DNA from: Cyanobacteria bacterium J06626_4 | GTDB taxonomy: Bacteria; Cyanobacteriota; Cyanobacteriia; Phormidesmidales; Phormidesmidaceae | NCBI GenBank assembly: GCA_038523235.1 | Contig: JBCBJQ010000010.1 | Location: forward strand, 44,124 to 108,123 | DNA length: 64,000 bases | Reading direction: 5' to 3' | In this document: one piece after another, positions 39,875-50,594 of the stretch | How positions within the stretch are numbered: position 1 is the stretch's first letter | How the letters are laid out: each line of letters starts with the position of its first letter | Translations under genes and position numbers: made by a program | Notes under the pieces: model-generated | Database searches by the model: none | What the model saw: only the letters and a program-made list of their open reading frames with translations | What the model was told of the DNA's origin: nothing

Positions 39875-40621
39875 ATGCAAGGGATTTTTCGTCGGTTAGC
39901 TTCTACGGGTCTGGCCGGAATAGCGATCGCGAGCAGTGCACTGTTAGCCGCGCCGGCCTGGGCTTTATCCGAGCAGCAAATTTTAGAGAAGCTTGGCCAG
40001 ATTCCTGTCTTTTTGATCGTCAATCCCGAGGGGCAGTCACTGACCGCTAGTGTCAACATTGATGAAGAGACGGAACTAGAGGTGCCCATTGTTTTTGTGG
40101 ACTCTCAAGAAGCCGAATCGTTTTTAGCCGAGGCAGAGAACGAGGGCGAGGCTCTGGCTGATGATGCCCAGATCGCTATTTTGCCGCTGAGTGATGTCTA
40201 TGCTGAGGCCAGTGAACAGCTAGAGAGCGCCGAGTCGTTGGTCTACGTCCCCAGCGCGAGATCGCTCAGTCAAGCGACTCAGATTGTGGATCAAGAAATC
40301 CAAGGCGTGCCTCTATATGCTGCCGTCGATCTGGAGAGCAATCAATATTTATTGACATCGGACAACACCCTGCCGATGTTCTTTTCTCTCAATGATTTGC
40401 AGTCGCAGGTTTCTCTCCTCATCGAAGCAAACCCTGGGGTCGCCGAATCGATTGGCGTCGAGGTCACGACGTTTGAAACCATCCTGCAGAGCATGTCAGC
40501 AGAGGATGCTGAGGCCGACCAACTGCTAGAGCTGATTCGATTTGTGCCCTCGTCGCAAACGCTGGAATATCTGCGAAACTTATCTGGCGAGGCAGCTCCC
40601 GCTGAATCTGGTGATCAGTAA
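39875..40621 (+). CDS. Tic22-like periplasmic protein
   Basis: Signal peptide, then ALSEQQILEKLGQIPVFLI, GVPLY, LPMFFS. Confidence 0.8.
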   Translation: MQGIFRRLASTGLAGIAIASSALLAAPAWALSEQQILEKLGQIPVFLIVNPEGQSLTASVNIDEETELEVPIVFVDSQEAESFLAEAENEGEALADDAQIAILPLSDVYAEASEQLESAESLVYVPSARSLSQATQIVDQEIQGVPLYAAVDLESNQYLLTSDNTLPMFFSLNDLQSQVSLLIEANPGVAESIGVEVTTFETILQSMSAEDAEADQLLELIRFVPSSQTLEYLRNLSGEAAPAESGDQ

Positions 40622-40689
40622 GGTGGTTTTTTTCTACACTCAAGCGCTTTAAAGCGCGTCTTTTAAGTACTTTTGCTTTTGCTGGTGAC

Positions 40690-41121
40690 TCAGCTGCTAG
40701 TTGACTCGCCAGCATGTTCGATGATGGGGCAGTAATCAGCGTCCAAGCCCTCTCGCTCATCGGCTTCTGCGATCAAAATCTGTAGCTGCTCCTTCAATTG
40801 CTGCAGCTGCTGCATACGCTCGTCAATTTCTGAAATTTTTTCTTGAAACTTGTGGCGCACACTTTTGCAGGGGCGTTGCCCCGAATCAGCAATCCCCAAA
40901 ATATCTTGAATGTCGTTGAGGCTCAGCCCCAAAGCCTGCGATCGCCGAATGAAACTGAGCCGTGACAGCACCGAGGGCGTAAACAGGCGAAATCCACCAG
41001 ATGTTCGCTTGGCAGTTTGAATCAAACCCCGTTCTTCATAAAAGCGAATGGTTTTGACCGGTAGCTGACTGTGGTCGCTGACCTGACCAATTCGTAAGAG
41101 TTCGGTTTGGGCTTCTGACAT
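40690..41121 (-). CDS. MerR-family heavy-metal-responsive regulator
   Basis: LRIGQVS...VKTIRFYEERGL...GGFRLF HTH; Cys in RPC and CPII. Confidence 0.9.
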   Translation of the reverse strand: MSEAQTELLRIGQVSDHSQLPVKTIRFYEERGLIQTAKRTSGGFRLFTPSVLSRLSFIRRSQALGLSLNDIQDILGIADSGQRPCKSVRHKFQEKISEIDERMQQLQQLKEQLQILIAEADEREGLDADYCPIIEHAGESTSS

Positions 41122-41162
41122 GGTGCCGCCCTCTGAACAACAACTGTCCTCTCAGCTTACCT

Positions 41163-41190
41163 TATATCTCTAGCTGGCTGGAGAGTATAT
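41163..41190. promoter_or_regulatory. Candidate MerR operator (imperfect palindrome)
   Basis: tatatctctagc-tg-gctggagagtata about 40 bp upstream of the MerR gene. Confidence 0.45.
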
Positions 41191-41394
41191 CGTCTTTTGT
41201 AAAGCAGCGCTCTTTGGAAGGCACTTAGCGTTTTCTGGAATTGGGTCCCGCTCGTTTCAAGCCGGGCCGATTTGGTGAGCGGCACGGCGTTAAGGTATTT
41301 GCTCGAAAACCGCGTCCCACTCACAAAGGTTTAGCACGGTTCAATTCCTGCCAGAAATTGTCTGCACCTGAGGATATGATTTGACCGCAGAGGC

Positions 41395-42096
41395 TTAACC
41401 GTCAGCCGACGTTGACTCACCGCGAATATCGAGCGTTTTGCGTGTCACGTCTAGGGCTTCTGAGGCGCGCTTCAGTTTGGCCTCTAAATATTGCTTTTGA
41501 CTGACCAGTTGACGCAGTTGCTGATTGCGCGCGATCGCCTGACTCACCGCGCCCAACTCATCGGGCGGGCAGCCTTGACACTGAATCTGGCCATCAGCGT
41601 CAAGGCTGCAAAGGCGATATTGGCTGTCGTGGGCCTGCGCTGCGGGCTGCGCTTGCTGAGCGAGCTTTTCGATGTAGGCAGCAACTTGCTCGGGGTCACC
41701 ATGTCGTAATACCGCTGCATGTTCATCGAGATCGGCTTGGGTGGCTTGTCGATTCACGGCTTCTAGCCAGCCATCAACGATCGGCCCAGCCGTGTAAAGC
41801 TGCTGAATCTCGGCCAACGTGACTCTCAATGCTTGATGCCAGCCGACGATCGCTGTCTGCACATCCGCTAACAGGTCTAATGCCAGGGCGGCTTTAGCGT
41901 CGTTGCGATGACTGCTAAAGCTGGGGCGTTTGGCGCGAGGCAACAAGGGTAGGGCCGCTGGCTCTACCGCCACCGATTTTTCGACTGGGTAAGAGACTGA
42001 TGACGTTGCGTGGGCTTTAGCCGTGACGGCTTTAGTTGAGGCGTTTGCCGGCTGCACAAAAGAGGGTAAATCAAGAGAAGCCGAATTTTTAGCCAT
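41395..42096 (-). CDS. Hypothetical protein
   Basis: 233-aa ORF with GPIVDGWLE and YRLCSLDADGQ...CPP motifs resembling a conserved cyanobacterial family. Confidence 0.75.
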   Translation of the reverse strand: MAKNSASLDLPSFVQPANASTKAVTAKAHATSSVSYPVEKSVAVEPAALPLLPRAKRPSFSSHRNDAKAALALDLLADVQTAIVGWHQALRVTLAEIQQLYTAGPIVDGWLEAVNRQATQADLDEHAAVLRHGDPEQVAAYIEKLAQQAQPAAQAHDSQYRLCSLDADGQIQCQGCPPDELGAVSQAIARNQQLRQLVSQKQYLEAKLKRASEALDVTRKTLDIRGESTSADG

Positions 42097-42540
42097 ATTC
42101 TTTATCCTGTAATCAGCGCGATCGCTCCCCGATATCTAAGCACGTGCTTGATGTTTTTGAGACCTTTGGTAGCGCATCCACGGGCAGAGGGTTGGGTTGG
42201 CTGACGCCAAAATCAGCACTGGGCTCAACAACTAGCGCTATGCCTAGTGTTATCAAGCTTTGCGCCTCAATCAAAGCACGTTAGTTATTAATCGCACCCT
42301 TCAATTAAAAGAATGCAACAAAACTCTTGATTTGCAACATTTTTTCTAGATTTTGGTCAGATTTGTCTGCCAAATAGTGTTCCTTTAAACTTTCTAGGTG
42401 GGTTCGCTAAAGCTAGCTCTCGGCATGTCTAACCAAACCTGATCAGGAGCCGCTCGCCAGCTGAGGCAGTTCAATCTGAGGCGATCGCGGCGGCGTTATG
42501 CAGTGTTCCCGATACTCTTTAATCCGGCTAGAAGTTCAGC

Positions 42541-43364
42541 GACTCAATTACAGAGTCAGTAGAGGATTTGGATAGTGTTCCCGAACTTTCTCACACCGAA
42601 ACTCGCGATGTTCAAGAGCGCCGCTCTCAACTTATGCGAGGTGTGTTGATCGATCCGCTGTCAATCAACTTCGGCATTGTCGGGATTGCGATCGTGGTGG
42701 GCTGGCTTATTCTCCAAGGGCTCATTTGGTTCGAGTCAGTGACTTGGAGTGCCACTGGTCTTGAAGTGATGACCTATATCCCCTGTTTCCGATGGCTTTG
42801 GTGGGCGGTATCTTAGTGCAACTCACCTTTGAACGTCTGGGCTTGGAACCCCTCGTGATCCAGCCATTGATGAAAAACATTGCTGGCTTAGCGTTAGATG
42901 TGGTCGTTGTGACCGCTCTTGCCTCCATCTCTCTGCAGGTGATTGGGAGCAATCTCGGGGTGTTTCTCATTTTAAGTGTGGTCGGCATTGCCTGGAACTT
43001 GCTGTTCTTCGTCTACTATGCGCCGCGCCTCTTTCCTGACCACTGGTTTGAGAAAGGCATTGGCGATTTGGGGCAATCGATGGGGGTCACAGCAACCGAG
43101 ATTTTGCTCCTGAGAATGGTCGATCCGCACAACGATTCTGGAGCCTTTGAGAGTTTTGCCTATAAGCAACTGTTTTTTGAGCCCATTGTCGGAGGCGGGC
43201 TATTTACCGCAGCGGCACCTGCCCTCATTGCCCGATTCGGACTTGGCGGTATGCTGTTGATTACAAGCAGCTTACTCGTATTTTGGCTGGGGATGGGGGC
43301 GATTCTCATCAAGCAAAACAAACGAAAACAGCGATCGCCACAGCGTCAAAAAGTACTGCACTAG
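42541..43364 (+). pseudogene. gltS: Truncated, frameshifted sodium:glutamate symporter (GltS family)
   Basis: Only the C-terminal half; LIDPLSINFG...MTYIP continues as FPMALVGG in another frame (atc ccc tg ttt ccg, ~42784); GQSMGVTAT and FAYKQLFFEP motifs. Confidence 0.8.
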
Positions 43365-43531
43365 TCTACATCGGCTGCTGCCGCTGGATGAGCTGCTGCT
43401 GGACACCTTTGAAAGGCTCCCTTAAACCTTTAGAGGCATAGGATTTGCTCATGCTAATTCGGGGAGTTGGGGAGCCGTCATCAAACAGACTCCACTTGGG
43501 ATCAGCAGCGCTCAAATACTCCAGCTATCGA

Positions 43532-44842
43532 CTAGAGATTGGCTAACGTTTTTGTCTGTGGGGTCAAAAAGCAGGATATATCAGTTGAGCCGAAGGTCAT
43601 GCTCAGAGCGATATTCAAGTTTTCCAACATCTTGACCAACCACTCAACATTGTTCTGGATAGCCGTTTCGTAGTGATTGAAGAGGGTTGAAAAGCGTCGC
43701 TCAAGGTAGGGTCTAATCTTCCGGCAAAGTAGAACGACCTTAAGCAAGAGCCCTGTTGTTGATAGGGGGCCGAGGTTGTTAATGAGATCAATAAACACAA
43801 AGTGCTGAGGACAAGCCGATGACTCCAACACTAGGAAGTTGAGGAGCTGCCCACAGGTTCTAATCATCAAAAAATCATTCAGAGGCTGATCTTCATTTTC
43901 AGGCAGGGTATTTTCTAGCTGATAGGTCAACAGCTTATTGAACTTGCGGCGACCGTAAGCCGGATCAACGCTAGACCCTAAATAGTCATACAGCTCTCGC
44001 TTGAACTCACCAAACTTGAGAGACTGATTACGTTCTAGAAAAACTTGAGCGCCATCAGCATAACTGCGACCCTGATCAACCTTGCCAGAAAATTGATTGA
44101 GCGAACTCACCAGTTCGCGATCGCTGAGCAGCGTCGGATTACTAATTGGGCGTAGTCGAGCCACTGCCTCTGGGTCTGATTTTTGTTTCTTAAGGCGGGC
44201 CTGACGCACCCGATAGGTAACGTATTGCGACAGATTGACTTCGAATTTTTGTTGTGCCCTCGCTTGTATACGACGAATGTTGTCGTGATGTTCTTCAGGG
44301 CTGTCTTCGCTGACCAAGCAATGTTCGTATAGATATGGGTACCGCTGGATGAGATTGCCGAGGGGGCGATTCTTATTTTCCGCAGGCCGCTCAGCCTCTA
44401 CAAGCCGTGATAGACGCTTGAGCGTGAGGTATTGCTCGGTTTCTGTAAACCCTTTGACAACCTGGCGTAAGGTGCGAATCTGGCGACTCCGAGAGAACTC
44501 TGTAACGTTCTGACAGGGTTCCAGCTCAAACAGATCGATCAACGAAGGTACGGCGTACTGCAGCTGTGTATGACTTTGCCAGCGGTTGACCAAAATGTGA
44601 CAACAGCGGTTAACGACAAAGTGAAAATACTCTTCGACGTCTCGATCAGACACAATCTGATCAAGGGCCGAAACAATCTCTTGATCGGGATATCCAACGC
44701 CGTCAATAAATAGTGCTTGAAACCGCTCAATCAGATTCTCCGGCGTTTCACACTCGGCATAGGCCAGTAAGTGCCCGTAGAGTGCCTGCTCTTGAGCGCT
44801 GATGGATCGAGTTTGATAGGCTGCCCTTTGATTCACAATCAC
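43532..44842 (-). CDS. Conserved cyanobacterial hypothetical protein
   Basis: 436-aa ORF (EQALYGHLL, FIDGVGYPD, LIQRYPYLYEH, LENLNIALS). Confidence 0.85.
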   Translation of the reverse strand: MIVNQRAAYQTRSISAQEQALYGHLLAYAECETPENLIERFQALFIDGVGYPDQEIVSALDQIVSDRDVEEYFHFVVNRCCHILVNRWQSHTQLQYAVPSLIDLFELEPCQNVTEFSRSRQIRTLRQVVKGFTETEQYLTLKRLSRLVEAERPAENKNRPLGNLIQRYPYLYEHCLVSEDSPEEHHDNIRRIQARAQQKFEVNLSQYVTYRVRQARLKKQKSDPEAVARLRPISNPTLLSDRELVSSLNQFSGKVDQGRSYADGAQVFLERNQSLKFGEFKRELYDYLGSSVDPAYGRRKFNKLLTYQLENTLPENEDQPLNDFLMIRTCGQLLNFLVLESSACPQHFVFIDLINNLGPLSTTGLLLKVVLLCRKIRPYLERRFSTLFNHYETAIQNNVEWLVKMLENLNIALSMTFGSTDISCFLTPQTKTLANL

Positions 44843-45696
44843 AAATGCCTCTCTTCAGTAGGCACCGATAAATGTTTTTTACACTGGTGATCAACCCTGA
44901 TAGCTGCTTGTCGATGTGACTAACGCCTTCTGACTTAAATTGACTAGATGCTATTCAACCAATCTAGACCGCCTAAGTATGTATGACGTCAGTTTTTACA
45001 CCTGAAACACGGGGTTCTTCCTCTCACCATACCTGGTGCAAACACCGAAACGGGAAAGCTTGAGCCAAGATTGCATGAAGAAACTATCAAGCTTCCATGA
45101 GTTGAACCTTTTATGAGGAACCTTGCCTCGACAGGAACGATTTCAAAGATTCAAAACTGAATTGTTAAATTAATCTAATATCTTTACCTCCATTGGACAC
45201 GATCTAATTGCTTTTGTAAAGCCGTCTTCACAAACTGTAGGCAATTAGGCGGGGTCGCTGGTGAGCAGGGGGGCGCTTCCTGAAGTCCTTATATTGTCGA
45301 AATATTAGACTGTTGCCCATTGGTCTCAAGAAGCGCTAAGTGGGAGGTTTGTTCCTGCATAGTTGGGGCTGGCAAGGCGCTGCGCGTGAAGAAGGGTGTC
45401 GGGCATGGGATAATCCTTGCCTGATTGAGATACGACGAGAGGCTAGATGACTGATAGTTCTATCTAAGGTGCTGGGGCGATTGCTCAAGGCTGGCATTAG
45501 GCACGTCATGATTAATTTGGTACACCAGCGATTACAGCGCGCATTTTCACACTCGCTTGACCCACTCAGCGGATGGCTGGACTCATCTTTCTGCCAGCTT
45601 CAGACCCGTGATGAATGGCTGCCCCGAGCACCGCTTAGAGGCCATCAAGCGACGAGCTTTGTTAGCCACATCGCCTTGTAAGTAGGGAGTAATGTA

Positions 45697-47064
45697 TTGA
45701 CATTTCAAATCTCATTGCAGACGTTGGCTGAGGTGACGGCTGCATCGCTCTACAGTACCAAGGACAATCTTCCTGCGGTTAACGTGACTGGCGTTTCGAC
45801 GGATACTCGAAGCATCAAAAAGAACAACCTATTTCTGGCTTTAAAAGGCGATCGCTTCGACGGTCATCGGTTTGTTCAACAGGCCATCGATCTAGGCGCT
45901 GCGGGAGTGATTGTGCAAGAGCCGGTCAATGTTGGCCCGCAGTTGCGAGTGCCAGATACCTTGATGGCTTACCATGCTATCGCTCGCTGGTGGCGCCACC
46001 AGCTCAATACGCCGCTGGTGGCGATTACGGGCTCCGTGGGTAAAACGACGACCAAAGAGCTGGTGGCAGCGGCACTGTCAACCCAAGGTGGTGCCGTGCT
46101 CAAGACCCAAGCCAACTACAACAACGAAATTGGCGTTCCTAAAACTTTGTTAGCCCTCGATGCGAGTCATCACTACGGGGTTATTGAAATGGGGATGCGA
46201 GGGCCTGGACAAATTGCGCTGCTAACCCAGACGACTCGGCCCAATGTAGCGGTCATTACCAATGTCGGGACAGCTCACATCGAACTGTTGGGCTCAGAGC
46301 AAGCGATCGCCGATGCTAAATGTGAGCTGTTTCAAGGTCTTGACGCTAACGGGGTTGCGGTGTTGAACCAAAATGACCAGCGGCTGATGAAAACTGCCGC
46401 AAAGGTCTGGTCAGGTGAGCAAATTACCTTTGGGCTGGAAGCTGGAGATGTCGCTGGCCGGCTGATTGATAGTGACTGGTTAGAGGTAGAAGGGGTTAAG
46501 CTGCCGCTGCCGTTACCCGGCAAACACAATGCCACCAATTTGTTAGCTGCGATCGCCGTTATGAAAGCTTTGGGTTTGGATTGGAAAACACTGCAATCCG
46601 GCCTCAGGGTTGATTTGCCTAGTGGGCGGTCGACTCGGGTGACTTTGCCGAATCATCTTATTTTCCTAGATGAAACCTATAATGCCGGGGTTGAGTCGAT
46701 GACTGCCGCTCTCACCTTATTAAAAGAAACGCCTGGCCGCCGCCATATTGCGGTCTTGGGAACGATGAAAGAGCTGGGAGCGCATTCTGTCCGGTTGCAC
46801 CGACAGGTTGGTCAAGTGGTCAAAGATTTATCCCTTGATGCTCTGTTTACGTTAGCTGAGCCGACTGAAGCCGCAGCCTTCGCCAACGGTGCGAGCCCCG
46901 TCCCCACCGAGTCTTTTCACGATCCGCAGGCCTTGCAGGAGCGGTTAAAGGAACTGCTGCAGCCTGGGGATTGTGTCCTTTTCAAGGCTTCTCGGGCGAT
47001 CTCGCTAGACCAGGTCGTCAATCATTTGAAGGAACATTTCACCGGCCCATCTGCCCCAGATTAA
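45697..47064 (+). CDS. murF: UDP-N-acetylmuramoyl-tripeptide--D-Ala-D-Ala ligase
   Basis: STDTR, FDGH, AITGSVGKTTTKE, NYNNEIGVP, EMGMRG, DETYNA, LGTMKELG, KASR. Confidence 0.95.
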   Translation: MTFQISLQTLAEVTAASLYSTKDNLPAVNVTGVSTDTRSIKKNNLFLALKGDRFDGHRFVQQAIDLGAAGVIVQEPVNVGPQLRVPDTLMAYHAIARWWRHQLNTPLVAITGSVGKTTTKELVAAALSTQGGAVLKTQANYNNEIGVPKTLLALDASHHYGVIEMGMRGPGQIALLTQTTRPNVAVITNVGTAHIELLGSEQAIADAKCELFQGLDANGVAVLNQNDQRLMKTAAKVWSGEQITFGLEAGDVAGRLIDSDWLEVEGVKLPLPLPGKHNATNLLAAIAVMKALGLDWKTLQSGLRVDLPSGRSTRVTLPNHLIFLDETYNAGVESMTAALTLLKETPGRRHIAVLGTMKELGAHSVRLHRQVGQVVKDLSLDALFTLAEPTEAAAFANGASPVPTESFHDPQALQERLKELLQPGDCVLFKASRAISLDQVVNHLKEHFTGPSAPD

Positions 47065-47116
47065 AGAACGTCAAGCAGACTTTCCGGCGACTGTTTTGTC
47101 ATGGGTATGCCGCGCT

Positions 47117-47596
47117 ATGACGTTAATTCTGACCAAAGTGCACTTGCAAGTAATGGCCGACCATGCCGAGGCCATCTATCCGGCTGAATGCTGTGGCCTA
47201 CTACTCGGTCGCCAAGATTTGGCCGCCGATCACCGCTGGGTTCACGAGCTGAGACCCTTGGAAAATCAATGGACTCCCGAAGTCAATCCCTTTGATGACG
47301 AAGATGCGGTAACTTCAGTCAGCCAAGACAATCGCTATTGGATTGATCCGCGATCGCTAATGACGGCTCAGCGTGATAGCCGCGATCGCGGCTGGATCAT
47401 TTTGGGCGTTTATCATTCTCACCCTGATGCTCCAGCAGTGCCCTCACAGCGCGATCGGCAATTGGCCTGGTCGGATTATTCATACCCGATTTTGTCCGTT
47501 GTGAAAGGGCAAGTGGCCACGATATCAAGCTGGCGATTGGACAGCGACGAACAGTTCTCGGCTGAGGCGATCGCTACCCAGACATCAATCTCTTGA
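47117..47596 (+). CDS. JAB/MPN (M67) metallopeptidase
   Basis: YPAECCGLL and YHSHPDAPAVPSQRD JAMM motif. Confidence 0.9.
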   Translation: MTLILTKVHLQVMADHAEAIYPAECCGLLLGRQDLAADHRWVHELRPLENQWTPEVNPFDDEDAVTSVSQDNRYWIDPRSLMTAQRDSRDRGWIILGVYHSHPDAPAVPSQRDRQLAWSDYSYPILSVVKGQVATISSWRLDSDEQFSAEAIATQTSIS

Positions 47597-47884
47597 GTGC
47601 ATCAACTGGGCGAGTTTGTGACCACCCCACTTGCCGCGATTTACCCTTGGCCGATGCCCCTGCCAAGGCAACTGTCATGAATCAGAACTGTTTCCCAGAT
47701 TTTGTGGTGGCGTTTTAGAGGGCTTGGCTCGAAGACCATATTGGTAAAGCCCTCTCGCCTACAATCTCTAGTTGACATTATCTTCTTGCTTAGCAGATAA
47801 TCAGGGTTCGTCTATAAACAGCTCGGACCAGGCTCAACTCAAAACAGCAGTGCTGTGCCTGTACGGCGATCGCAAGGAAAGCAA

Positions 47885-48319
47885 ATGACTTACGCAATTA
47901 TTGAGGCGGGTGGCACGCAGCTGCGCGTTGAGGCCGGTCGGTTTTATGACTTAAATCGGCTACATGTGGAAGAAGATGGCAATGTCACCATCGACAAAGT
48001 TTTGTTCGTCTCTCACGACGGAGAGAGTTTGGTGGGACAGCCGCTGGTTGAAGGGGCTACGGTTTCAGGCACGGTGATGCGCCACCTTCGGGGCCGCAAG
48101 ATCATTGTCTATAAAATGAAGCCCAAAAAGAAGACGCGCAAGAAGCGTGGGCATCGTCAAGAACTGACGCGTTTGATGGTCGATTCGATCAGCTTGAAAG
48201 GCAAAGTTCTGGCCGGTAATGCTGGTGAGGTAACGGAGCCACCAGCTGATGATGCGGTGAATGAGTCTGCTACCGTAGAGGTTGTCGCTACTAGCCCAGC
48301 GGCCACCGAAGAAGAGTAG
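47885..48319 (+). CDS. rplU: 50S ribosomal protein L21
   Basis: [10 protein letters not shown]...[20 protein letters not shown]; acidic C-terminal extension. Confidence 0.96.
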   Translation: MTYAIIEAGGTQLRVEAGRFYDLNRLHVEEDGNVTIDKVLFVSHDGESLVGQPLVEGATVSGTVMRHLRGRKIIVYKMKPKKKTRKKRGHRQELTRLMVDSISLKGKVLAGNAGEVTEPPADDAVNESATVEVVATSPAATEEE

Positions 48320-48365
48320 CCATTCCCGTAGTTTGCTAAGAGAATTTAGTCGTTAGGAAAAGATT

Positions 48366-48626
48366 ATGGCTCACAAGAAAGGTACCGGTAGTACTCGCAA
48401 CGGTCGCGACTCTAATGCTAAGCGCCTAGGCGTCAAGCGCTACGGCGGGCAAGCCGTCACGGCAGGCAGCATTTTGGTGCGGCAGCGCGGCACCAAGTTT
48501 CACCCTGGCAATAACGTTGGCCGGGGTGGTGATGACACTTTATTCGCGCTCGCTGACGGTATTGTTACCTTTGAACGCAAAGGCAAAGACCGCAAGAAAA
48601 TTAGCGTTTATCCAGTCCAGGCTTAA
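48366..48626 (+). CDS. rpmA: 50S ribosomal protein L27
   Basis: [24 protein letters not shown]. Confidence 0.98.
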   Translation: MAHKKGTGSTRNGRDSNAKRLGVKRYGGQAVTAGSILVRQRGTKFHPGNNVGRGGDDTLFALADGIVTFERKGKDRKKISVYPVQA

Positions 48627-48652
48627 CCGACTGTATAGGTGTTTCTGAAAAT

Positions 48653-48690
48653 AAAGCGGGCGGCGTTGAACAATCAATGCCGCCCGCTTT
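48653..48690 (+). terminator. Intrinsic terminator after rpmA
   Basis: Hairpin aaagcgggcggcgttga-acaa-tcaatgccgcccgcttt. Confidence 0.7.
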
Positions 48691-48751
48691 ACGGCATGAA
48701 GTCATTGGCAGTGATGATTAACCATCAAAATCGGCAAATAAGCTTTGAGTT

Positions 48752-48791
48752 AAAAAAAGGATGTCGAGCCAATTAGCCCGACATCCTTTTT
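48752..48791 (-). terminator. Intrinsic (probably bidirectional) terminator
   Basis: aaaaaaaggatgtcg...cgacatccttttt, flanked by A and T tracts. Confidence 0.7.
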
Positions 48792-48838
48792 CAGTTCAGG
48801 TGTGAAATGTTTAGGGTTGCCCTAAAACGGTCTGCTAC

Positions 48839-49282
48839 TTAGTCAAGGTAGCCCATCAACACAGAAGGGATAGGATCAACCACATCGTTGGAAGCAATAG
48901 GGCGATTGCCAGGCAAAAAGTGCAGGTCAGCGACGGGCAGCTTACTCACCGCAACAGGCCGATGCCCCGGCAGTAAATCAGTGGTTGCAACTTCAAAAGT
49001 GTTAGCCATGATGGGGCGGTTACCAGCAATATCTAAACTGCCGACAACCTCAAACTCACTCAACCCCACGGGACGATGGTTAGGCAAATACTCTGTCGGT
49101 GTAATGCTGGTAGCGTCATTTAAAACAAACACAACCTGGCCGCTGTCTTTTTCCTCGGCTTTGACCAAAGTGCTTTTAGACTGACGACGACTCGTTGATT
49201 TGGTGGTCGTTGTTTTGGCGCTTGTCGTGCTAGCTGCCTTGTCGGTAGATTGTCCGTTGCTGGTTTCGTTCTGGCTGGTCAT
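48839..49282 (-). CDS. Hypothetical protein with four xxx(H/N)RP(I/V) repeats
   Basis: LPNHRPV, IAGNRPI, LPGHRPV, LPGNRPI; ends LMGYLD; Ser/Thr-rich N-terminus. Confidence 0.78.
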   Translation of the reverse strand: MTSQNETSNGQSTDKAASTTSAKTTTTKSTSRRQSKSTLVKAEEKDSGQVVFVLNDATSITPTEYLPNHRPVGLSEFEVVGSLDIAGNRPIMANTFEVATTDLLPGHRPVAVSKLPVADLHFLPGNRPIASNDVVDPIPSVLMGYLD

Positions 49283-49653
49283 GCGTCAACCTCTCACTGC
49301 TTCGGCGTTAATATAATTCCTTCAAGAGCGCTAGCCTGAACATGTCAATCTGCTGTCGGTTAGCTGCCCATATGTCAGGCATTATGGTGGCTATGCTTCA
49401 GAACCCTGCGGCTCTAAACCCGCAAAACCAGAGATCTTCAGCAATCATTAAGTAAATATTATAGGTAAAAACGGGCACGGTTGTGTTTATAAAAGGTGAT
49501 TGGTCTGATAACTCTGGCGATCGCGACAGGGCTCATGGCTGAGAGCAATCATCCTGGACTGCTGTGTAGTGCCTTTTCCAGACAGGCAGCCGGCTGTTCG
49601 GTAAACCCACACCCGAGTTGGGCGGTAGATACGTTACTGTAGAGATCAATCAA

Positions 49654-50036
49654 GGGGCCGTAACGGTTTCGACGTTTTGACGAAAGTCGCTTTGTGATTC
49701 AGACCGAGAGGGAGTCTACTCTCGTAAATCCAGGCTCAAAACAAACGTAACTGCGAACAACATCGTTCCTTTTGCTCGTAAAGCTGCACCTGTTGCTGCT
49801 TAATAACAAACGTTAGCGAGCGTCTGTGCTCTGACTCCGTTAAGGATCATGGACAAACCCCAACGGATGCTCCTAAAGCGTTTCTCTGGTGGTGCTTTAG
49901 GCTAAGACTTCATTAGAGAATCCCACTGCTAGGGATAATTAGCGGTTCCCGCCTTGAGGGTCAGATAGGCTAAGTCTGTGAATGAATGGAGCGTTACTAC
50001 TCGAAGCGGACACGGGTTCGACTCCCGTCGGCTCCA
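49654..50036 (+). ncRNA. ssrA: tmRNA
   Basis: 5' ggggccgtaacggtttcgac; tag ORF 49753-49800 ANNIVPFARKAAPVAA then TAA TAA; 3' gggttcgactcccgtcggctcca. Confidence 0.97.
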
Positions 50037-50594
50037 CTTTGTGAACTTTATTGTTATTTGTTGAACATTATTTCCATCTAGAGTTTGTGGTTCGAACTTT
50101 AGAATTTGGGCATGTTTATACTTGAGAGACATGGCTTTGACGTTGACAGTCGATATGCCAGCGCTTCGCGTTATCTCAACTGTAAATTTGACCTTCACAT
50201 GCCATGAATTCTCAGTACAATCCTTATAAATTTCCGGCTTGGGCTTATCTAAAACAGCCTGTTTTTAGCTCTAGTTATAGACTTAAGCTTAACCCTTGGG
50301 CGTTTTGGCACGCGCATCGCCTCAATCATCTAGAAAGGTGCTGGGTCAAGGCATTCAACCCAGAAGAACACTCTAATTCTTGATGGTTTGGTAAATAATA
50401 GATAACCGCTAGTCACTTTTCACAAGTACATATATCTACATTTGCTGGCACCTTGAGATTTTACGGTGTTGAAATTTCAATTATTTTTGAATGCGGAGTT
50501 TTCTAGAACGAAATTTTCTGATGGGAATTTTGTCTTCCGATTGGGAACTCTGGTGTAGTATCGCCTTGACTTATAAATTCATATCAGAAAGTGT

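Noticed and set aside
39598..39875. tRNA-Pro as an island integration site
   Set aside because: No integrase, no tRNA 3' duplicate, and a core-like Tic22 gene follows
6506..43364. argD, gltBD, argJ and gltS as a nitrogen/arginine gene cluster
   Set aside because: Separated by many unrelated genes and not co-transcribed; probably coincidental
45030..45070. ggtgcaaacaccgaaacgggaaagc as a c-di-GMP riboswitch
   Set aside because: Only superficial resemblance; conserved core and second stem not identifiable
47117..47596. JAB peptidase as part of a CBASS or ubiquitin-like defence system
   Set aside because: It lies between murF and rplU with no cyclase, E1/E2 or effector; fits the housekeeping M67 family
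49929..50198. 89-aa minus-strand ORF
   Set aside because: Antisense to the tmRNA 3' end; spurious
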